IMG/VR virus record: IMGVR_UViG_2534681936_000019 | Origin: a virus | Taxonomy: Duplodnaviria > Heunggongvirae > Uroviricota > Caudoviricetes | Reading direction: 5' to 3' (one strand) | DNA length: 26,751 nucleotides | Shown: positions 17,545 to 26,532 of the stretch, one piece after another | Position numbering within the stretch: position 1 is the stretch's first letter | How the letters are laid out: every line of letters starts with the position of its first letter | The notes under the pieces: generated by a model | Database searches by the model: none | The model's input: the letters and a program-made list of their open reading frames with translations, nothing else | Told to the model about the DNA's origin: nothing | Position numbers and translations under genes: made by a program

Positions 17545-17823
17545 TTACCTCCAGATGCGTTGCTGGAATGTGCGGGACGGACGCGGTGGGCGCTCGGAGT
17601 ACGGCAGCCTGACGTAGATTATCCAGTGACGATAATCGAGGCTGAGGGCTTTCCTAAACTCATACCCACGTCTGCGGTAGTTCTGAATCAGCCATTCGGC
17701 CTGTTCTTCAGTGCATGGGGCGTGCCGGAACCAGTCAGATTTGAATGCATGAGAACGCCGCCCGTGCCTGCTGGCAAAGACGGCTGAATTATCAGAATTG
17801 TGTAGTCTGGAATTTTGCGCCAT
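17545..17823 (-). CDS. Hypothetical 92-aa protein (Rem-like position)
   Basis: ORF abutting the DUF968 gene; no recognisable motif. Confidence 0.4.
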   Translation of the reverse strand: MAQNSRLHNSDNSAVFASRHGRRSHAFKSDWFRHAPCTEEQAEWLIQNYRRRGYEFRKALSLDYRHWIIYVRLPYSERPPRPSRTFQQRIWR

Positions 17824-17892
17824 CGGCTTTCTCCGGTGGCACAGTGTTACTCAACAGGGGTTCAGCCCTGCGCTGAATTGTAGATGAATTCA

Positions 17893-18198
17893 CTAATCTT
17901 CAAAAGCAGAAAAACCAGCCTTAATCCCAGCTTCTTTCAGAGACGGCAACGATGTGACAAATTCATTTTCACGCAAAATAAAACCATCCGTCACAAGTCC
18001 ATCCACAAAGTAAATTAACGCAGCTCCACTCTTCCTATGTAGAGACTGTAAACATTTAATACGGCAGTGGCTGACAATAGCGCCATTCTCAACGCGCACA
18101 GTATAGAGGCCATCTTCACTAAAAATTTCACGTAATTCTTCGATTTTCATCAACAGAATCCTTCCAGATAAATAGCACTCCCCCTGTTCGGGGTCCAT
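17893..18198 (-). CDS. Hypothetical protein (likely start at internal MKIEELREIF, about 85 aa)
   Basis: ORF only; no recognisable motif. Confidence 0.35.
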   Translation of the reverse strand: MDPEQGECYLSGRILLMKIEELREIFSEDGLYTVRVENGAIVSHCRIKCLQSLHRKSGAALIYFVDGLVTDGFILRENEFVTSLPSLKEAGIKAGFSAFED

Positions 18199-18269
18199 CC
18201 CTCTTCTCCCTGCGCGCTACTTAAGTATTTTTGATTCTATTCTGGCACCGTCCAAAACTTCAAACACGT

Positions 18270-18304
18270 TGAAAATAAAAACAAAAAACCCGCCGAAGCG
18301 GGTA
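18270..18304 (-). terminator. Intrinsic terminator after the HTH-ImmA gene; copy 1 of a duplicated 20-nt hairpin
   Basis: Minus strand ACCCGC TTCG GCGGGT followed by TTTTTTGTTTTTATTTT; plus-strand 20-mer AAAAACCCGCCGAAGCGGGT at 18284-18303 recurs at 20119-20138. Confidence 0.6.
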
Positions 18305-18307
18305 TAC

Positions 18308-19414
18308 TCAAACAATCTGGAAAATATTTCTTGGATTTGTAATAGGTCTGTTGATGGAGAACAACTCACGAATTAAATCTTGGCTCAAGCCAGTTTTCAT
18401 AAGAATTCTTAGCCAGGTTGCATCATCCAGCATTTCAATCGCCTCGGCCAGCATGCCGGGTTCTTCAGGGCGCAAAAGTTCATCACCAGGTTCAACTCTC
18501 GTATACCCTCTGGAATTAAGATGCATATAGCCAGTTCTTGCCTGTTCCTGGGTCAATAAGCCTAATGCGCTGGCTCGATAAATACACATTTTAAGGCTGA
18601 TTTTCCATCTAAGTTTAAATTCAACCAGAGCATTCCAGTCGAATTGCTTACCTCGTATTCGTGGAAATTCTTTAATGAAAGATAACCTGGGAACTAATAA
18701 GGCGCTCGAAAAGTGATCGGCTTGTGATTCCGTAAGTTTATCACCTGTCGTTATGCCCTCATGCATTACTAAATGCCCTAATTCATGACCTAAATCAGAG
18801 CGAAATCTACATATGCTTTTTTTAACATTGTTCCTGATGATAACAGGCCTGTTATTGTGAACAGTAAAAGCATCAACACGATCATCGACTCCCGTAACAT
18901 GCGCAACGATTACCCCTAAACTCTCCGCCAATTTAACCATTGATGATATAGGGCCAAGACCTAAATTCCAGGCACGGCGACAATCTTCTGCCACTCGCTC
19001 AATATCATTCGGAGTAAGTAATTCAGCCCCTGGGTGCTCCGGTATGTTAACGTCAGGAAATTCGATTTCACCTTCAACAGCAGAAATTATAATATTAAGA
19101 ATCTCAGCCCTGGCCAATACACTATTAGTCAGCGTTTGAGTCCTGGACTTCTTACTCCGAAAATGGCAGACATCACTTTCCAGAGCGTATTTTCGTTCAG
19201 TAAAAAGAAAACTGGACTTAATCATAAGCGCTGAAGATATTAACTCAAGACATTGCTCCGATGGCCTGCACCCCTTCTCCAGTTTGCTAACAAATTGCTT
19301 TGTCTTGCCAATTTTTTCGGCTAACTCTTCACAAGAAAGCCCAACAGCCATTCTCGCTAGTTTGAGCTTATCACCCCGATACTCAGTGAAGTTATTCACC
19401 TGATGTTCCATCAC
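18308..19414 (-). CDS. XRE-family HTH fused to ImmA/IrrE-type zinc metallopeptidase (COG2856-like)
   Basis: N-terminal HTH (LKLARMAVGLSCEELAEKIGKTKQFVSKLEKG) and HEXXH motif (SDLGHELGHLVMHEG) plus a ~130-aa C-terminal extension. Confidence 0.85.
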   Translation of the reverse strand: MMEHQVNNFTEYRGDKLKLARMAVGLSCEELAEKIGKTKQFVSKLEKGCRPSEQCLELISSALMIKSSFLFTERKYALESDVCHFRSKKSRTQTLTNSVLARAEILNIIISAVEGEIEFPDVNIPEHPGAELLTPNDIERVAEDCRRAWNLGLGPISSMVKLAESLGVIVAHVTGVDDRVDAFTVHNNRPVIIRNNVKKSICRFRSDLGHELGHLVMHEGITTGDKLTESQADHFSSALLVPRLSFIKEFPRIRGKQFDWNALVEFKLRWKISLKMCIYRASALGLLTQEQARTGYMHLNSRGYTRVEPGDELLRPEEPGMLAEAIEMLDDATWLRILMKTGLSQDLIRELFSINRPITNPRNIFQIV

Positions 19415-20042
19415 TGCTCACATCCAAATCTTTATCCTTCGTACGCCGACGAAGAGGCACCTTATTAATCTCCGCTTCGTCAGGGAGTGTGTTATAATCA
19501 AGAGGCATAAGCGGCATCGATGCTGTAGATTGATGAGAAACTATACTAATCTGAGCACCATAAGTATTAAATCCAACAAGAGCTACCTCCCAACGAGGCA
19601 GTGTGGACTCTAATTCACCATCGCCCTCTTCGGATAAAAAAGGCTCAGCTATGACTCGCCATGTAATATCTTGCTCAGCCTCAACATCACCAAACAATGA
19701 GAGCTGCTCATACTCTACTTTATTTCGACGCAGACGATGTTTCTTTTTGGGGTTATTAATGCAATCTTTGGTAAATTGTAGCGGAACTTTATTTAAAGCA
19801 ACTACATAGTCCAACCCCTTGGAAATCATCTCAAGGCCAGGAATTGCATCTTCATTTTGAATAAGATGATTTCTGACCCAATCATAAGCCCTTACACCTT
19901 CAGACCAGTTGCTGTCTAATGCGTGCTTATGATAGTACAGCTGCTCAAGTACGTTAGCGATCTCCGCCAACAAGTGGCGAACATAGTTTTCAGCAAGATA
20001 AGGTTGAAATTCCCAACAAGGAGCTAACTGATTTTCATTCAT
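19392..20042 (-). CDS. Uncharacterised acidic 216-aa protein, translationally coupled (23-nt overlap) to the downstream HTH-ImmA gene
   Basis: Clean ORF MNENQLAPCWEFQPYLAENYVRHLLAEIANVLEQLYYHKH...; no recognisable domain. Confidence 0.6.
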   Translation of the reverse strand: MNENQLAPCWEFQPYLAENYVRHLLAEIANVLEQLYYHKHALDSNWSEGVRAYDWVRNHLIQNEDAIPGLEMISKGLDYVVALNKVPLQFTKDCINNPKKKHRLRRNKVEYEQLSLFGDVEAEQDITWRVIAEPFLSEEGDGELESTLPRWEVALVGFNTYGAQISIVSHQSTASMPLMPLDYNTLPDEAEINKVPLRRRTKDKDLDVSSDGTSGE

Positions 20043-20114
20043 TTCAAGTTTCGCTTTTTTTAGAATTCGTAAACCACATATTTTCGCATTTTTCTATTTT
20101 TGTCAACCAGACTA

Positions 20115-20140
20115 ATGCAAAAACCCGCCGAAGCGGGTTA
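20115..20140 (-). terminator. Intrinsic terminator after hok; copy 2 of the duplicated 20-nt hairpin
   Basis: Minus strand AACCCGC TTCG GCGGGTT + TTTTGC; shares the 20-mer AAAAACCCGCCGAAGCGGGT with 18284-18303. Confidence 0.6.
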
Positions 20141-20207
20141 AGTGCGGGTGCGTTGAGGATGCCTGGCACATCAGAGGTGGCGGGAGATTACTCCCCCGCC
20201 GGGTCTC

Positions 20208-20363
20208 TTACTCCTCAGGTTCGTAAGCTGTGAAGACAGCGACCTCCGTCTGGCCGGTTCGGATTCGTACCTCGCAGAGGTCTTTCCTCGTTACCAGTGC
20301 CGTCACTATGACGGTTAAACAGATGACGATCAGGGCGATTAACATCGCCTTTTGCTGCTTCAT
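20208..20363 (-). CDS. hok: Hok-family type I toxin (HokD/RelF-like, 51 aa)
   Basis: MKQQKAMLIALIVICLTVIVTALVTRKDLCEVRIRTGQTEVAVFTAYEPEE, a Hok/Gef sequence; below the ORF-track size cut-off. Confidence 0.9.
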   Translation of the reverse strand: MKQQKAMLIALIVICLTVIVTALVTRKDLCEVRIRTGQTEVAVFTAYEPEE

Positions 20364-20421
20364 AGCCTGCTTCTCCTTGACCTTTTGGTCCGTAAGAGGC
20401 TAACCTACATGTGTCTAGCAT
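20215..20421 (-). CDS. mok: mok-like overlapping reading frame (modulation of killing)
   Basis: 68-aa ORF in another frame covering almost all of hok, as in hok/mok/sok loci. Confidence 0.55.
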   Translation of the reverse strand: MLDTCRLASYGPKGQGEAGYEAAKGDVNRPDRHLFNRHSDGTGNEERPLRGTNPNRPDGGRCLHSLRT

Positions 20422-20575
20422 GAAATTGGCCTCAGATTAATGTTAAGCGTCTTGCAGGACGCGTAATGTTAACTGGGGCTTTTCTCTATCTGCCTTTGGT
20501 GTTCATGCCCGAGGCAGATAGCCTCAAGCACCCGCAGCCATTCTACTTAACTACCGTTACCTCGCCAATGTGAAA

Positions 20576-20797
20576 TCAGTCAGAAAGGCGATCCATAAGA
20601 ACAATAGCAAGACAATAAATCGCCATTACAGCCGTAATAGCCAGCGCACATTTGAGAACCAGCACCACACAACCTCCTGTATTGGACGTACACCAGTCCT
20701 GATGAATATGAGGCTGTCTCGTCAGTGATTCAATACAACTATTGGGTATAGTTTCTCTGATTTTTTCTGTGGAAATGGGGCTCAACCCACTAGTCAT
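20576..20797 (-). CDS. Hypothetical ORF; probably only a 29-aa hydrophobic peptide (GTG start, 20576..20665) is real
   Basis: AGGAGG about 7 nt upstream of an internal GTG gives VLVLKCALAITAVMAIYCLAIVLMDRLSD. Confidence 0.25.
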   Translation of the reverse strand: MTSGLSPISTEKIRETIPNSCIESLTRQPHIHQDWCTSNTGGCVVLVLKCALAITAVMAIYCLAIVLMDRLSD

Positions 20798-21117
20798 TTA
20801 ATACGCAAAGTCCGACACAAGCTAACCTTCTAGTCCGCTTTGAGCGAGGAGCGGACCTTGTGTAAAAATCCCCATACCGGTTGATCGCGCTGAATGTTAG
20901 GTTCATAAACGACACAGGGTACATCGTAATGCTGCTCTATTGCTTCGTAAGTGATTCCCAATCGCTGCATCACTCGCTGAGAAGGAGTTCGACAACAGCC
21001 ACTAAATAGTTGTGCATAGAGAACGACTGGAAAAGGCCGTAGGAACTTACAAATCTCAATTCACGGTAGAGTATGATATGGGTATTCAATATAAATACAG
21101 CCCTCAAAGGTTTAAAT

Positions 21118-21473
21118 ATGAACGGAAGTGTTAAAAACAATCTATCGTCAAAAAAGTACAAGCTAAAAGAAAAATTTTGAATTTGAATCGCGAGCTTTCT
21201 AATGGAAAGATCACTCAGGCTGATTATTGTCTATACAAAAAACTGTTTGAAGACTACATTCAGGTATTAACATTTCAACACACAAGAATTTTTGTGGAAA
21301 AAGATTTAATAGAACTATCAAATCATCGAAGTGGAGTATTCATTACAACTCAGCATGATACATTAGTAAATAGACTTGACAAAATTGATTATGAAATTGA
21401 CAGATTAAAAAACTGTTTAAATAAAAAATTATCGATTACACAAAATTCACATCCCTATATTAGGATTTTCTAA
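21118..21473 (+). CDS. Hypothetical AT-rich ORF, possibly frameshifted (ATG at 21118 is in another frame from the 21177..21473 ORF)
   Basis: The 98-aa ORF has no in-frame ATG (TTG start); an ATG with upstream AAAGG lies at 21118 in another frame, and several A-runs sit between them. Confidence 0.3.
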
Positions 21474-21615
21474 GAGTACGACACCGTCACATTTAAATAT
21501 TATCTGTAGAGGTAAAATGACAGCCTGACGGCGGTATTTCATTGCGAAATGCTATTTAAAAGACCGCATTGAGCGGTCTTATGTATCTCACAACATATTA
21601 CAGAATGACTTTAAA

Positions 21616-23069
21616 CTATTGTTTTAATAACATTTCAAAATCCTCATTCCAGTGCGTGTTTTGTGAAATACGGGTATCAATTTCATCAAGCAGCATATCA
21701 TGAGAAAGTATGCTTAAAGGGTCATTCCCATTTTTACCAAAACGCATCGTAGTTTCTGCTATTTCCCAATCTTCTGCGCTGATTGATGGCTGTATTGCAT
21801 GGCAGTAGATAGCCTTCACATCCTTTTCATGACAGTCAAAATTATTGATGCTTTCTGCAATTTTACGAGCTCTTTCAATTTCGACAACTGGACCATGTAA
21901 AGTTTCATATGATATGTGCACAATTGTAGGGGTATTATCTGGAACCTGTCGTACCGCTTTGCTTAAGTGCGTTTTAATATCTTTTGCTTTTTTATTAATC
22001 GATTCCTCTGCTATACATTCCCAACGAGCACAGTAACCAGAGTGTATTCCAGTGCAAAAAATGTTAAGTATATCAACACCGTCGTCCGGACCTACTCGTA
22101 CAAGTCCTTTTGGGGCACAAAGATGAGTGTAATTTTCGCTGCTGCTAAAACTTCCGGCCAACAACGAAACCATCTGTGGAGAGTTCCATTTAACTATGTA
22201 TTTTTCAAAATGCTCATTGATATTTTTCATATCTATTCTATTAATCAGTATTATAATTTCATCATTTTCTATTCTCAGTGACTTTTTCGTCGAGATATTA
22301 GACTTTATTTCATTGAAGATTTTTGCTAAAATATATTCATCTGTATCTTTTACTTCAACCTTGAAAAGCACGTCTAAAAATATATTTTGTCTAGACTGAG
22401 TTAGAATAGGTACTAAATTGAGCCATCTTTGCCTCCATTCTCGACGCTCATTTTCAGAATATTCAGTCACTTTAGATAAACGCTTACATTCCACAAAAAA
22501 GCTTTCTTCACCTTTAGTAACTTTTAAATCAGGAGTTTTATTTAATGCTGTTTCTGGAATAAATTCTACTCTATAACCATTGCGCGCATACATAATCGCA
22601 ACAACTAATTCAAACAATGTTGAATCAGGTTGATTTATTTTACCGTTAAGAAATTCCGAAAGTTTTTCATCAATCCCAACAATTTTTTTTGCAAGCTCAA
22701 TATGTCTTCCAACAGCCGCAAAAAAGGGAAATACTCGGGCTGATTGCGCTAACTCGCTAACTAAAGGCCGTTCATGTAAGCATTCTACAAGAAAAAGATA
22801 CCATGCAACCCAATCCTCATGAAATGCCACCCTATTTTTTGGCTCTTCCATACTCTTCATTGCTTGGTCAAAATTCTTATAGGTGTTATCTTCCTGTTCT
22901 CTGAAGTACTTGACTACATTTTTTTGCGAGTCTCCCAAGTATCCTTTTCCAGATAAGATAAAAACCAGTCCAATGCGATTTTCGTATGATGATGCCAGGG
23001 ACTGGTATCCGTTGCTGCAAAAATCTCTTGTAGTTCTTTTGAATATTCCAATGTCTGTGTGTTAGCCAT
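21616..23069 (-). CDS. PD-(D/E)xK nuclease-like protein (~484 aa if a poly-A frameshift at 22919-22925 is bridged), AT-rich cargo gene
   Basis: Motif block ELVVAIMYARNGYRVEFIPE...TPDLKV...ESFFVECKRLSK (E, PD, ExK). ORF track gives 21616..22938 (TTG start); an ATG at 23069 with GAGGT RBS opens MANTQTLEYSKELQEIFAATDTSPWHHH..., which joins the main frame if the A7 run were A8. Confidence 0.6.
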
Positions 23070-23440
23070 TTTGACCTCATCATTGTTAATTTATGAGATT
23101 TTACAACTTATAATGCATCTTCCAGATCGAGCCTCCAAGTAAGAAATCAGGCTAAATCAGACAGATATGTAATATATCCCTAGTCAATTAGGCAGTCCAC
23201 CCATAAATCCTAACAGTACGAAAATGGTTGGAACGTTATCCTAGGTTACTGCTCATCGTTTCCTTATGACCTCAATATATAAATATCCCAGCTCTTGCGG
23301 TTCGATTGTATGATTGACAGTCCGCTCCTGGCACAAAGCGGACAACCACGCCAGATCTACCCTGTGCCATGAAAAATGAGAATGTCAATTCACTCCTGAA
23401 CTAATGCTTTTTAATCTAGTAACGTCTAAAATACCTAACA

Positions 23441-23842
23441 TTATCCCTGATAAAATGCCAGTATGCGCTGCATAACTTCACTCATCCGGCACTCGCGACA
23501 GATTATGTTTAGGCGACTGTCGTAGCGACGTATTTCTCCATCAGGTAACGACCAGATAAGGTCCGGATCAACCACAGCTGTTTTCTTCACCTTTGCCCTC
23601 GATAGTTTTTTGCGGGCGTTTTGCCAGTCCTTACGCGCCTGTTCAGACGGGAATAACCCGTAGCCGGAGTTGTATACATCGCCACTGGCTACCAGCTCTC
23701 TGGCAAGAACGCTCATCAGATATCTAGTCGCACCTGTTTTAGCTTCCAGTTGCCGTAACGTCTCACGACCGCTCTGGCGCACGAGTTCCACCACCTGCCC
23801 TTTAATTTTTTCCCGCTCTTCTTGTGTAAAAACTTTTGCCAC
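23441..23842 (-). CDS. Hypothetical 133-aa early-region protein
   Basis: ORF MAKVFTQEEREKIKGQVVELVRQSGRETLRQLEAKTGATRYLMSVLARELV... (possible winged-helix); downstream of the replication gene. Confidence 0.45.
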   Translation of the reverse strand: MAKVFTQEEREKIKGQVVELVRQSGRETLRQLEAKTGATRYLMSVLARELVASGDVYNSGYGLFPSEQARKDWQNARKKLSRAKVKKTAVVDPDLIWSLPDGEIRRYDSRLNIICRECRMSEVMQRILAFYQG

Positions 23843-23882
23843 AAGTCCCCCTTAAAATTACCTCATGACCTGAAATCAAAAC

Positions 23883-24902
23883 TTATCCTCTGAAACCAGG
23901 CGGAATTTCTGTATCCGGTTCAGAAATATGATTCACACAACGCTGTACAGGTGAACGTCCCAGGCGGATGACCAGTTCGTCCCATTTTTCGCGGAGTTTT
24001 GACGGGCTCATGATGTTTTTTACCCAGAATGGATCCCGCTGTACCCGACCAAACATTTCGCAAATTTGTCTGTGGCTTCTGCCATCCAGCATCCGCATTG
24101 TGCGCACGTCATTGGCCCAGGCTGTCCAGTTAGGCTCTTTTGGTCGCATGATCTCTCCATCGTCGCTGGCAGCCTGTTCGTAAAGGTTCACGATCCGCCC
24201 CCAAATCCACTGCGCACACGCCAAATCCTCCCTGCTACCCCACTGGCGTTTTTTCACACTAAACACAACCGCGTCGGGGTTCCGGGTTAAAAAATCCTGT
24301 TCAGTCGTCTGCGGGTCCGGTTGCGAAGCTTCCGGACGAAAAGTGTTTTTATTCTCTGTAGTAATCTCTGTTGTATTCTCTGTAAGATCATCAGGCCATT
24401 TTGACCCGATGACATTGGGTCGTTTTGAACCAATGGAGCGTTTCATTTTGACCTCTTCCATCGTGTCATTTTGACCTGATGTAGCGGCGCATTTTGAATC
24501 GATGGATTCGTTCAATTTGCCACCATCTAAAAGCTCGCTCCCATAGTTGATCGTGTAGAAATTGGTCATATCGCGCTTTGATTTATTGAGCTTTTCACAA
24601 CGCAAAAGCCCCAGCGTTTTCAGACTTGCAAACGCGCGCTTTAACGTTGACTCTGACCAGAATGGGAACTGTTCCAGCCATTGTTCCGTTGTGTTATAAA
24701 TCCAGCGAACACCATCACATTCCATACCGGAGTTGGTATCTCTCAACCAGTAGTGCAGTTGTTGCAAAACAATGGCTTCGTTTAAGCCGATTTTCATTGC
24801 CAGCTGCGTGTTTATAACCAGTGGGCGTTCAGCAAAAAGAAGACTCATAATTCCATCCAGCTTTTTGTTGGTATTGCTGTCGATACGCAAGCTTGAAAGC
24901 AA
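23883..24902 (-). CDS. Putative phage replication initiator / replisome-organiser protein
   Basis: 339-aa ORF in the position of lambda O; N-terminal HTH-like segment (LVINTQLAMKIGLNEAIVLQQLHYWL), acidic linker with TEN repeats, conserved C-terminal domain. Confidence 0.5.
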   Translation of the reverse strand: MLSSLRIDSNTNKKLDGIMSLLFAERPLVINTQLAMKIGLNEAIVLQQLHYWLRDTNSGMECDGVRWIYNTTEQWLEQFPFWSESTLKRAFASLKTLGLLRCEKLNKSKRDMTNFYTINYGSELLDGGKLNESIDSKCAATSGQNDTMEEVKMKRSIGSKRPNVIGSKWPDDLTENTTEITTENKNTFRPEASQPDPQTTEQDFLTRNPDAVVFSVKKRQWGSREDLACAQWIWGRIVNLYEQAASDDGEIMRPKEPNWTAWANDVRTMRMLDGRSHRQICEMFGRVQRDPFWVKNIMSPSKLREKWDELVIRLGRSPVQRCVNHISEPDTEIPPGFRG

Positions 24903-25350
24903 TTGCTTTTTCTATAAGTTCGTCAGTTTCACGATCTACAACGGCAGGATCTGCAAAAAGCAGTCCAGATTCCACCACATCGCCATATTCTTTATTTAAC
25001 CCGGCGATCATGTACGTAATACTTTTTCCATCACTGATCTCACGATACAACCTGAAATCACTAATCCGGATAGCCTCCATAATTGCAGGCACTAGCGCTG
25101 TGAACTTTTCACGCTTATCCCTGGTGTCGATAGCCTTCCAGCGTTCGAATATCTTCACTCGATTAACGCTAAGCGCTCGCTGATCAACCGCGCCACCTTC
25201 ATATGTGACACGCTGAACATCGATGTTCGGGCGCTCTTTCAAAGCCCAGAATGCTTCAGTGATTAATATCGTCGCCTGCTCCTGTGTCATTCCTGGTCGA
25301 CATATCCAGGCATCCAGAGCCTCACGAGCCTGTTCAGGAGTGATTTTCAT
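24829..25350 (-). CDS. Hypothetical early protein downstream of cro/dicC (YdaT/cII-like position)
   Basis: 173-aa ORF overlapping the dicC-like stop; no motif I can name. Confidence 0.4.
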   Translation of the reverse strand: MKITPEQAREALDAWICRPGMTQEQATILITEAFWALKERPNIDVQRVTYEGGAVDQRALSVNRVKIFERWKAIDTRDKREKFTALVPAIMEAIRISDFRLYREISDGKSITYMIAGLNKEYGDVVESGLLFADPAVVDRETDELIEKAIAFKLAYRQQYQQKAGWNYESSFC

Positions 25351-25564
25351 TGTTCAACCGCCCCGCCCGCTTCGTCTTACGATATTCGTCATAAACTTTG
25401 GGATCATACTGAAGCTCCCCGCCAGATGCCTCCTGTAGACGCATCGCGCGACCTTCAGGAACCAGTATCCCCCAAGCAGCAACACTTGCCAGTCTCACTC
25501 CTGCGGCATTGGCAAGCTTTGTTTTGCTGCCAAAAAAAGTAATTGCGTCAACTTTAAGCATCAA
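25334..25564 (-). CDS. dicC: Cro/DicC-like small regulator
   Basis: 76-aa ORF divergent from the DicA-like repressor; LKVDAITFFGSKTKLANAAGVRLASVAAW...AMRLQEASGGELQYDPKVYDEY. Confidence 0.7.
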   Translation of the reverse strand: MMLKVDAITFFGSKTKLANAAGVRLASVAAWGILVPEGRAMRLQEASGGELQYDPKVYDEYRKTKRAGRLNNENHS

Positions 25565-25641
25565 AGCCCCCTCTTGTTAGATTTTTCTAACATTATTGTG
25601 CGCGGGATACCTAAGTCAAGAAAAATTAGAATTACCTAACT

Positions 25642-26049
25642 ATGGATACAAGAACCTTAGGCCAGCGAGTTCTGGCGCGACGAAAAGAATTACGCTTAAC
25701 ACAACGAGAAGCTGCGCGCCTCGCTGGAGTTGCTCACGTCACAATTTCACAATGGGAAAGAGACGAAACCCAGCCAGTCGGAAAACGATTGTTTGCTTTA
25801 GCGGATGCTCTGAAGTGCTCACCTACATGGCTAATGTTTGGTGACGAAGACAAGGCACCAGTGCCTGCACAAGAACTTCATGTGGAAACAGAGCTAACTC
25901 CCAACCACAAAGAATTGATCGAATTATTCGATGCTCTTCCATCTTCCGAGCAGGAAGCCTTGCTGTCTGAAATGCGCGCAAGAGTAGAAAACTTCAACAA
26001 ACTCTTCGAAGAAATGCTTAAAGCGCGTAAAAATAAATCAATAAAATAA
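25642..26049 (+). CDS. dicA: DicA-like XRE-family repressor (no peptidase domain)
   Basis: 135 aa; HTH LTQREAARLAGVAHVTISQWERDETQPVGKRLFALADALKCSPTWLMFGDED and C-terminus LSEMRARVENFNKLFEEMLKARKNK, near-collinear with E. coli DicA. Confidence 0.85.
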   Translation: MDTRTLGQRVLARRKELRLTQREAARLAGVAHVTISQWERDETQPVGKRLFALADALKCSPTWLMFGDEDKAPVPAQELHVETELTPNHKELIELFDALPSSEQEALLSEMRARVENFNKLFEEMLKARKNKSIK

Positions 26050-26217
26050 CATTCTTTTCAAGTGATTAGTTGCGCCCACTCTTTTTGTTAGACCAATCTA
26101 ACAAAAAACACTTGTCTCTCATGTTAGGTTATTCTAAATTACTTTCCATCAAGACACCGCACGGTGTTCTCAGCAAACAGTTCCGCTACCCCGGCGTTAA
26201 GGGGAAATGAGGTCAGC

Positions 26218-26373
26218 ATGGATACTATCGATCTTGGCAACAACGAATCTCTGGTGTACGGCGTGTTTCCAAACCAGGACGGCACGTTCACCGCAATGAC
26301 GTATACCAAAAGCAAAACGTTTAAAACCGAATCTGGAGCGCGTCGCTGGCTGGAAAGAAATTCAGGTGGGTGA
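26218..26373 (+). CDS. Small protein, YdfA-like (51 aa from internal ATG)
   Basis: GGGGAAATGAGG RBS then ATG; MDTIDLGNNESLVYGVFPNQDGTFTAMTYTK...; position matches ydfA after dicA in Qin. Confidence 0.5.
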   Translation: MDTIDLGNNESLVYGVFPNQDGTFTAMTYTKSKTFKTESGARRWLERNSGG

Positions 26374-26374
26374 T

Positions 26375-26503
26375 ATGGATTTCGACACAATCATGGAAAA
26401 GGCTTACGAAGAATACTTCGAAGGCCTTGCCGAAGGCGAAGAAGCTCACAGCTTCAACGAATTTAAACAGGCGCTTTCCAGTTCGGCAAAATCTAATGGC
26501 TGA
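26375..26503 (+). CDS. Small acidic protein, YdfB-like (42 aa; below ORF-track cut-off)
   Basis: MDFDTIMEKAYEEYFEGLAEGEEAHSFNEFKQALSSSAKSNG; tightly packed after the previous ORF. Confidence 0.45.
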   Translation: MDFDTIMEKAYEEYFEGLAEGEEAHSFNEFKQALSSSAKSNG

Positions 26504-26532
26504 TAAGCGAAACAGCACCGCGAGGAATCAGT

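Noticed and set aside
20390-20470. Precise annotation of a Sok antisense RNA
   Set aside because: A strong hairpin (CTATCTGCCT...AGGCAGATAG) is present but without a T-tract on the plus strand; it is more likely part of the hok mRNA leader fold. The antisense RNA cannot be delimited by eye.
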